Assembly: GCA_029856435.1 (NCBI GenBank)
Contig: JAHQXB010000022.1
Coordinates: forward strand, 25-24,024
Direction: 5' to 3'
DNA length: 24,000 nt
Origin: Candidatus Jordarchaeia archaeon
Lineage (GTDB): Archaea; Asgardarchaeota; Jordiarchaeia; Jordiarchaeales; Jordiarchaeaceae
Positions within the stretch are counted from its first letter, which is position 1. Each line of letters begins with the position of its first letter. Made by a program: the position numbers and the translations under genes. The notes below the pieces were generated by a model. It worked only from the letters and a program-made list of their open reading frames with translations. It ran no database searches and was not told where the DNA came from. Below are positions 8,885 to 15,399 of this stretch, piece after piece.

Positions 8885-9502
8885 ATGTTTATGTTGGAGG
8901 CTTTTTACCAAAAATTAGATGAAGACATTAAAACTGCTAATGATTTGGAGAAGAGGGGAGATTTTAGAGCTGCGGCGAAACTTTGGATTGAGATAGCTGA
9001 ATACTGCTTAAAATTTGCTAGATCTGAATATGCTTCCGAGGAAATTAGAAAAAACCTTATTGAGAGGTCTGAAGGCTATATTGAGCATGCAAAAATGCTA
9101 AAAATTAGACCAGCACCCTTAAAGGGCTCCATAGAAAAAAGCTCCCCGGCAATAGATTATTTGGAAAAAGCTTTGGATGATAAGATTAGGGCTGATAAAC
9201 AGTGGGTAGCCCTTGACTTAAACTCGTACATAATAACTATGTTTGGTGTAATTGAAAAGCTGCTCTACCATGTTTACATCTCCAAAACGGGTAATCTTCC
9301 TCATTTCGAAGAAACATTTACTTCTCTTGTTAAATGGGCCTACCGGGAAGGAATTATTAGTGATCATCCCGACAATATTGAATTCGTTAGGCTCCTTTAC
9401 GAAAAATTATCCAAAAAATCGCAAAAAATAACTAGTGAACAGGCTATGGAAGCAAGAGAAATAATGGAGCGAGTGTACAAAGAGTTATGCGAAAACCTAT
9501 AG
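8885..9502 (+). CDS. Small helical protein with MIT-like N-terminal three-helix domain (putative)
   Basis: Residues ~5-75 read YQKLDEDIKTANDLEKRGDFRAAAKLWIEIAEYCLKFARSEYASEEIRKNLIERSEGYIEHAKMLK. This follows the MIT pattern seen in Vps4/CdvC (A..a...G....A...Y..A...l........  ....Y..R...LK). The C-terminal half is a helical bundle, possibly HEPN-like, and remains unassigned. The gene starts 8-11 nt after the preceding gene's stop. Confidence 0.45.
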   Translation: MFMLEAFYQKLDEDIKTANDLEKRGDFRAAAKLWIEIAEYCLKFARSEYASEEIRKNLIERSEGYIEHAKMLKIRPAPLKGSIEKSSPAIDYLEKALDDKIRADKQWVALDLNSYIITMFGVIEKLLYHVYISKTGNLPHFEETFTSLVKWAYREGIISDHPDNIEFVRLLYEKLSKKSQKITSEQAMEAREIMERVYKELCENL

Positions 9503-9647
9503 ATTTTCTCATTAATTTTTTTCCTAAACCTCTCCTTAACCAAGGTTATTTTAGGCTTCCTTCCCCCAAAAAAGGTGAAAAAACCACATTTTCTGGAAGT
9601 GAAAAGGAAAAATTAACTGGAGAGTCTACATTACTTTCATATGCCTT

Positions 9648-10349
9648 CTACTTCTTTTTCCAAACCTTCTTTATTTCCTCTTCAGAGGCTAGTCTGAAGG
9701 TTTGAGTCTCTGCGTCAATGATGCCTAGATCTATGTCTTCAGGCTGAAGGTTTTCGGAAACTTCCCTCAAGGTGTCTACCGCCAGTTTTAACATTTCACT
9801 TATCGACATATCCTCCTTATACCCTGCTTTCAGAATTTCCAAAGCCTTAGGTTCATTAGCCCCAACCGCTGCGGCTTTGCTTTTGGTCAAGGCTCCCGAA
9901 GTGTCTATGAGAACTATTTCCGAGCCCCCTCTGCTTATTCCTCCGAAAAGTAAGGCACATCCAAATGGGCGTGTTCCCCCTAACTGTGTAAAGCGCTGCA
10001 TAAGACGCCCTAGCCTTTGGGCAAGTGTACTAACATCTATTTTTTCATCGTATGTTACTCTATACGATTGAGCTATGATTCTTGCTCTGTCAAGTAGAAG
10101 TCTTGAATCCGACATGTATCCGGCACTCGTGGCGCCTATGTGGTCGTCGATTTTCAAAACTTTTTCATGGGATTCAAGCAGTTTGCTATGTGTTTTTGCC
10201 ACCCCTGCTAATACCACGCCCTTAGATGTTTTTATTCCAACAGCCGGCGCTCCTTTTTTAACTGCCTCGCTGGAATACTCCACTTGAATGATACGCCCTT
10301 CAGGAGAATACATTGTGCTACTTTTATCATAATCCATCTCGTCGGACAT
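9648..10349 (-). CDS. psmA: Proteasome subunit alpha
   Basis: The N-terminus YDKSSTMYSPEGRIIQVEYSSEAVKKGAPAVGIKTSKGVVLAG is the alpha-subunit signature (YD...t.FSPeGRl.QVEYA). Length is 233 aa. Confidence 0.9.
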   Translation of the reverse strand: MSDEMDYDKSSTMYSPEGRIIQVEYSSEAVKKGAPAVGIKTSKGVVLAGVAKTHSKLLESHEKVLKIDDHIGATSAGYMSDSRLLLDRARIIAQSYRVTYDEKIDVSTLAQRLGRLMQRFTQLGGTRPFGCALLFGGISRGGSEIVLIDTSGALTKSKAAAVGANEPKALEILKAGYKEDMSISEMLKLAVDTLREVSENLQPEDIDLGIIDAETQTFRLASEEEIKKVWKKK

Positions 10350-10825
10350 TAGCCGTCTCCTCTTATATTTTGACCTATATCCTATAAGAATTGAAAGTTT
10401 CTAAATATTTCCTAAATCCTTGCTATTCCCTAAATTTTTAAATCTTTTTAATTTTGGTTATATATTTAGCTCCTGGGAGCCAACTTAGTGTTATATGCTT
10501 CCTTTCCCTGAAAGGAGGGCTATTCTTGGTTCTTCTCTAGGGTTAGAAACGTTCGTCAGAAAAGTACAAATAAGCCTTCCTTCGGGTTTTAGAGCCCTCA
10601 GTATCCGTTATTCAAACACGACAGCCAAACACCCATACACTAAAGCGCTTTAGACAAAGGATGAAAACCTAAAGCTTTTTCATAGCAAACCCACATACTA
10701 ATTTTGTATTATTTACACTATGCAAATCTGTTTCTAAACTCTATACACTTGGTTAAAGCAGGGTGTGTTAGGGAAGCCTAGCGTTTCCACTAATCCGTAC
10801 AATCCTCCGTTTCTTTACTAGAATT

Positions 10826-11650
10826 TTACTTGCTAGAAATTTTTTTGAGCACATCTCGAATATCATATAAGCAGGTTAGGACACTTTCTATATCAAGTAT
10901 ATCTTGCTGTAGCAAGTTGCCGGCGCGTGAAAGGTCTATCTGTAATCTGAGTATAAAGGGTGAAAAGCCCTCGTTTAATTCAGGGTTTTCGGTATAAATC
11001 GCTGCGTGTATCAAGTCAACGCCGCCGTAGCCTAGGTCGAAAAGCAAGTCGTCAACTTTCAAAAGCAACTCAACTATTCGTTGCTTATCACCCTCGGTGC
11101 GTAGTTCTGCCTCGGCATCAGACAAACTTTTACTAATCTCTTCCAGCCTCTTTTTCAAAGAATCCGCGTTTATAGGCCTCTCCTCTCGATACATGGTAGC
11201 CTCTGGGCAGAAATTAAACCACCACTCAAAGTAGTGCGCTGTGCTGCAGAAGAATTTTTTATCATGATTTAATGGCTCCACGGAAACAGTGTACATGCAT
11301 TCTTCACCACAAATAGTGCACACCCCCGTCCCGTCTTGATATGGCCTGATACCTCCACAAAAAGGTACACGAACGTACATAGCGTCGCCTTTGGGGGGTA
11401 GAAGATTAGGGGGAATTTGCAACTCTTTACTGAATGGTTTTGAGTCTAATTCGGCAAATATTGCAGTCCAGACCGGGCCTCGTGGAGTTCGAACTAAAAG
11501 AGGATTTCTTCTCGGGTGGTTGTTGCAATACGTCCAATATGGATCTTCAATTTTGAAGTTTCTAACCTCACAGAAGGGCTCTTGGCCTTTATCCCTATTT
11601 GCTTTATTGAATATACATGTTCCACAGCAGTCGCTGCCACCATTAGGCAT
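10826..11650 (-). CDS. Cysteine-rich hypothetical protein with FCS/TRASH-like zinc-finger signature
   Basis: This is a 274-aa ORF. It contains the Cys clusters SDCCGTC..FCEV..YCNNHP and VCTICGEEC-x19-FFCSTAHYFEWW (CxxC ... FCS..H). The C-terminal ~110 aa are helical. No family was recognised beyond the zinc-finger pattern. Confidence 0.55.
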   Translation of the reverse strand: MPNGGSDCCGTCIFNKANRDKGQEPFCEVRNFKIEDPYWTYCNNHPRRNPLLVRTPRGPVWTAIFAELDSKPFSKELQIPPNLLPPKGDAMYVRVPFCGGIRPYQDGTGVCTICGEECMYTVSVEPLNHDKKFFCSTAHYFEWWFNFCPEATMYREERPINADSLKKRLEEISKSLSDAEAELRTEGDKQRIVELLLKVDDLLFDLGYGGVDLIHAAIYTENPELNEGFSPFILRLQIDLSRAGNLLQQDILDIESVLTCLYDIRDVLKKISSK

Positions 11651-12048
11651 AATAATTCTCTCCTAAAACCACACAATGCAATTAATCCTTTCTACTTATC
11701 TGATATGTGCTTACATAGGGTCGGGTGGTATTTGAATTTTGTACATTTCAGGTACACTTATTGGGTGTTGTAAGGTTTCGAGTGTTCATCGCTTACAAAA
11801 TGTTATTTATGGTGTATCTTTCGTCAATAATATGTGCTGAGTTGTAGTGTAATGCCTTTTTAATATAGTAACTGTTTTATCCCTTTTTAGATAAAATTGT
11901 GGCGGTTCTGGGATTTTAATAAACTTCTTTCTTAAGAATTATGGCAATATTTTGGTAACATCTGGCTATAGTTTCTCACTCTACGGGGATAATAGTCAAT
12001 ATAATAAGTGACTTTCACTAGGTTTTTAAAGGCGGTGGGTTCGATTTG

Positions 12049-13545
12049 ATGTCTCTAGATAGATTCAAGTGTACTTCTTGTAATGAGGCTGAGGCGGCTT
12101 ACTACTGTGAGGACTGCAAATCAGCTTTCTGTATGGGATGCGCCCAGGAGAGAAGGGAGGAGTTTTTTATCTGCGATTCGTGTGGCTTCAAGGAAACAAA
12201 CCTTGGAATAGATAGGGATAAGAAAAGCTCCTCAAGATGTCCAAATTGTGGTTCAACTAATTTGAGATCTGGGATTAGAAAATGGAAACTTTGTCCTAAC
12301 TGTCGCTCTGGTATGGTTATAAGCGTTCAAGATAAGAGGGTGGAGCTAAAAAAAACCTTTATTGATAATGTTAACAGTATTCTATATGGTTATGAATTGT
12401 TGAAAGATTTTTCGAGGAGACTTAGGGAAACTAGAAAGAGGCTAATCTTTCTCAGACACAGAGGGTATTTCCACTATCCAAAAATGGAGGAAACTCTAAT
12501 CTCTCTGTTCCAAGAAATTATTTCCTTGAAAAAGAAGGTGGAGGCACGGGCTCAACAGGTCTTAAATGTGATTCAAGTGCAACTCGTAGATTTTTCTTAC
12601 CCTGATAATTGGAGCCCACACGATTTTGCACAGATTCAAACAGCAGTGGACAGGATAAAAGCCGATGTGAATGACTACAAAGAATATGTGAAGGGTCTTA
12701 TGGAACAACCTGAAAAGAATCTCGAGACTGTTGTTTCCTTGGTAAAATTGCTGAGTTTTCACTGGAAGTTCTTTGAGGAACATAGAGAAAAAATTGATTT
12801 AGAAATTGGGGAAAAACCTGTAGCAGCCATTCAGAGGGTAAAATATGTGGGAAGCTCTTTTCTCAGTTTAGAAAAATGTAGTGGAATACTTTTGTTAACA
12901 GATAAAAGGATAATTTTTATCAGGGAAAAGGGACTTCTAAACAAGTCGTACCAGAAACATTTTGAACTCCCCTTAAAAGCTCACCAAATTGTAGTTGAAG
13001 GATCCATATGGAAAAAACTCTCTTTTGAAGGTTCACAGGGAGATGTGCGTTTCTCTGCATCCAAAAATACACTAAAAGCAATTGAAAGATACGTAGAATT
13101 AGCTAAAAACTTTGATAAAAGCTCCATAAAGGATAAAACCCAAACCGAAAAACTGGAAAAACTGGAAATAGCCCTAGACGACCTGAAAACTGAGCTACAC
13201 AAAAAAATTATGAGCATTTTCACACCCAAAATTAAGGAGCCCAGTTACGGATTCGAACCACAGCCACATGTTCCCACTGTCACTTCCAGATCTGCTCAAA
13301 AATCTACACCCCCACCATCCACTTATAATCGGGTACAAGTTCAAACTGTGGAAGGATCAGGAAGAGGGGATGTACTAGATTGGGAGCGAAAGAAATTCTC
13401 CGTTGAGCAGCTCCTCAAAAAAATTGAGGAGCTTTGGCGACGTGGGGACATTTCTGTAGAAGAGTATCTAAAAAGAATGAAGAATCTTTATGAAGAACTC
13501 TATGTCTTGAACCAAAAATTGAAAGAAATCCAAGTTCAGGCCTAA
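12049..13545 (+). CDS. Multi-zinc-finger (B-box-like + zinc ribbon) protein with PH/GRAM/GLUE-like domain and SHOCT-like C-terminal tail
   Basis: Six CxxC pairs lie at 12070..12303, with spacing C-x2-C-x8-C-x2-C-x4-C-x2-C-x10-C-x2-C-x18-C-x2-C-x14-C-x2-C. The stretch at 12817..13110 reads VKYVGSSFLSLEKCSGILLLTDKRIIFIREKG...VRFSASKNTLKAIERYVELAKN, a G.L.LT..R.IF split-beta-sandwich pattern. A Pro/Ser/Thr-rich linker follows, then KIEELWRRGDISVEEYLKRMKNLYEEL. I prefer ATG 12049 over the track's TTG 12046; GGCGGTGGG lies upstream. Confidence 0.65.
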   Translation: MSLDRFKCTSCNEAEAAYYCEDCKSAFCMGCAQERREEFFICDSCGFKETNLGIDRDKKSSSRCPNCGSTNLRSGIRKWKLCPNCRSGMVISVQDKRVELKKTFIDNVNSILYGYELLKDFSRRLRETRKRLIFLRHRGYFHYPKMEETLISLFQEIISLKKKVEARAQQVLNVIQVQLVDFSYPDNWSPHDFAQIQTAVDRIKADVNDYKEYVKGLMEQPEKNLETVVSLVKLLSFHWKFFEEHREKIDLEIGEKPVAAIQRVKYVGSSFLSLEKCSGILLLTDKRIIFIREKGLLNKSYQKHFELPLKAHQIVVEGSIWKKLSFEGSQGDVRFSASKNTLKAIERYVELAKNFDKSSIKDKTQTEKLEKLEIALDDLKTELHKKIMSIFTPKIKEPSYGFEPQPHVPTVTSRSAQKSTPPPSTYNRVQVQTVEGSGRGDVLDWERKKFSVEQLLKKIEELWRRGDISVEEYLKRMKNLYEELYVLNQKLKEIQVQA

Positions 13546-13613
13546 ACCATTACAAACCAGATATGTCTCAATTACTTTCTTAGAAGTCTTAATGTACGAA
13601 GAGAAATCCTCAG

Positions 13614-14249
13614 CTATTCCTTTTCTTTGGGCTTCTTTGAACTCTCCAACTCCCTCCTTAGATCTTCTAGCTCAGATGCCAAGGAAGATTTTTCTGTTAT
13701 TATGTCTCCTTGTGGTACTTTAGGTTCCTCTATTCCCTCTAATGCTATTTCCGCTTCTAGACGGTTTAACTCACTTTCAATGTCTCCTGCTTCTTCAACG
13801 CCCATTTCGGAGGGAGTCGCCAAAATTTCTGAGCTTCTAGAAATTTCGTGCATAGCTTCCTCTTGCTTTATCATCATTTCGAGTATCTGTTCCGAGTTGA
13901 CGAGTTTTCGGGCGTTTTCAAGCTCCGCTCCTGCCAATTCAAATGCTTCTTTGAGTTCTGAAACGTCATGGGCTTCTTCTATGGCGATGAGCCTCGTTTC
14001 AAGGTTCTCGATAAATGCGGTGTACTTGCCTAGAAAATTCTGGTATCTTCTGAACTTTCTGAGGGCGAATGTTGCCATGCCCTTGTTACCCATTTTTAAG
14101 TATTGTTTAGCCCTGTTTCTCTCCTCAATTGCCTTTCTCTCGTAGTTCCGTGAACGCAGAGTCAACCTGTTTATACTAGTTCTCAGCTGTGCAACTATTT
14201 CATCCTTATTTTTCGGCCTTTTTCCAAATAGTATATCTTTAATACTCAT
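13614..14249 (-). CDS. ESCRT-III family protein, Snf7 (Vps20/32/60)-like
   Basis: This is a 211-aa ORF. The stretch RNRAKQYLKMGNKGMATFALRKFRRYQNFLGKYTAFIENLETRLIAIEEAHDVSELKEAFELAGAELE aligns by eye with the yeast Snf7 core (EARIFLTKGNKVMAKNALKKKKTIEQLLSKVEGTMESMEQQLFSIESANLNLE, quoted from memory). The C-terminal half is acidic and ends in an amphipathic helix. AGGAG lies 9 nt upstream of the ATG. Confidence 0.75.
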   Translation of the reverse strand: MSIKDILFGKRPKNKDEIVAQLRTSINRLTLRSRNYERKAIEERNRAKQYLKMGNKGMATFALRKFRRYQNFLGKYTAFIENLETRLIAIEEAHDVSELKEAFELAGAELENARKLVNSEQILEMMIKQEEAMHEISRSSEILATPSEMGVEEAGDIESELNRLEAEIALEGIEEPKVPQGDIITEKSSLASELEDLRRELESSKKPKEKE

Positions 14250-14345
14250 ACCTTTCTCCTCTGAGAGTATTCATAGGCTTCCTAATACATATAATAACTT
14301 CTATTCTTTATTAAACTCTACTCTTTAGGCATTATTATACATATT

Positions 14346-15383
14346 CTATCCGTATATTCTGTTTATTTCTTTTTGTCTGGTTTCTATAAAATCGATGAAG
14401 CTTTCCAGTGAAGGATCCTCCTCAGCTTCCTCATGCACCAGTTCTGCTATGCTAAGCAGGGAGGCTGCCACATGGGTACGTGCGGGCTCAGATTTTATCT
14501 CAGGCTTAATGAGGGCTGCTATTCTCTTTTCAAAATCATTGAAAGTTAGGATTCTATCCACGAGGAGAATAAAGGATTCGGTTATTTTCCTTTCCAGATC
14601 CTGTTTTTCATCAAATATCAAGTTGGCTGCCAAATTTTTGAGGGCGGGTTTCACAATGTCCTCTCTAAACCAACTGAAAAGTTTGCCCTTTTTATCTGAT
14701 GGCGGAAGAAAGCTTGAAGCAGGGACACTAATAGTTTTAGGCTGTTTTTTAAAGTTCTCCGCCATTTTGTGAATGTCTGAGCCTTTAATGGTTTCCATTG
14801 CCGCTAGTACTAGCGACTTCACCCCCAAAACCACTTCTTTCCTACTGAAGACCTCCAACATTTTTTCCAGAGCGTGTTTGGCTTCCTCGTAGGAGACCTC
14901 CTTTAAAATAAAAGATTTGAAAAGTTCCAAGATTTTTGCTCTTGTTTCTAGAGCTTCACTATAGCCAACGCTATCCAGTGTCAGGATTCTATAGCCGGGA
15001 TCCAGAACTTGCTTGTCAAACCACTTCACAACTATGTATTCATCAGTAACTCTCTTTAAGTCCTCTAGAGTAAGTTTGGGCTCCACTTCCTCTAACTCAT
15101 CGCAAAGCTGTGAGGCAAATGTTTCAAATACCGAGGACACGTAGGTTTGGAGCGCTTCATCCAACTTGAGACCTTCTAAAATCTTCTCAACCTTCTTTTT
15201 AAACGTGGGCTCAGAAATTTTTCCTTCCACCCGCTGTTTAAAATATGGAAACGACTTCTCCTTAACTATCTGAGATTTCTCAACAAAATTAGTCACAATA
15301 CTGTCTAAGACGCCAAAAACCACATACTCAAAAAATTCTCTTAAAATTTTTAGACTCTTTTCTGAATCAAAAATGTAGGGCAT
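14346..15383 (-). CDS. Hypothetical all-helical protein, translationally coupled to the upstream ATPase gene
   Basis: This is a 345-aa ORF. It starts 16 nt after the ATPase stop, and that gap contains a GGTGA SD-like element. I recognised no motif. Confidence 0.6.
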   Translation of the reverse strand: MPYIFDSEKSLKILREFFEYVVFGVLDSIVTNFVEKSQIVKEKSFPYFKQRVEGKISEPTFKKKVEKILEGLKLDEALQTYVSSVFETFASQLCDELEEVEPKLTLEDLKRVTDEYIVVKWFDKQVLDPGYRILTLDSVGYSEALETRAKILELFKSFILKEVSYEEAKHALEKMLEVFSRKEVVLGVKSLVLAAMETIKGSDIHKMAENFKKQPKTISVPASSFLPPSDKKGKLFSWFREDIVKPALKNLAANLIFDEKQDLERKITESFILLVDRILTFNDFEKRIAALIKPEIKSEPARTHVAASLLSIAELVHEEAEEDPSLESFIDFIETRQKEINRIYG

Positions 15384-15399
15384 TCAAATTCACCAAGAA

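Noticed and set aside
9487-9705. 72-aa plus-strand ORF in the convergent gap, overlapping the psmA 3' end
   Set aside because: It overlaps the well-supported psmA CDS, has a low-complexity product and shows no motif. The region is more likely a terminator-containing spacer.
10673-10685. The motif agctttttcatag recurs as agcttttttcatag at 19515..19528, both in long spacers
   Set aside because: By a rough 4^-12 estimate, a 12-13-nt near-match is expected by chance many times among all position pairs of a 24-kb AT-rich window. The flanking similarity is too weak to call a repeat family.
13627-14145. 172-aa plus-strand ORF opposite the Snf7-like gene
   Set aside because: The product is a Ser-rich, low-complexity translation of the antisense of a K/E/L-rich coiled-coil gene. 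The minus frame has specific ESCRT-III similarity.
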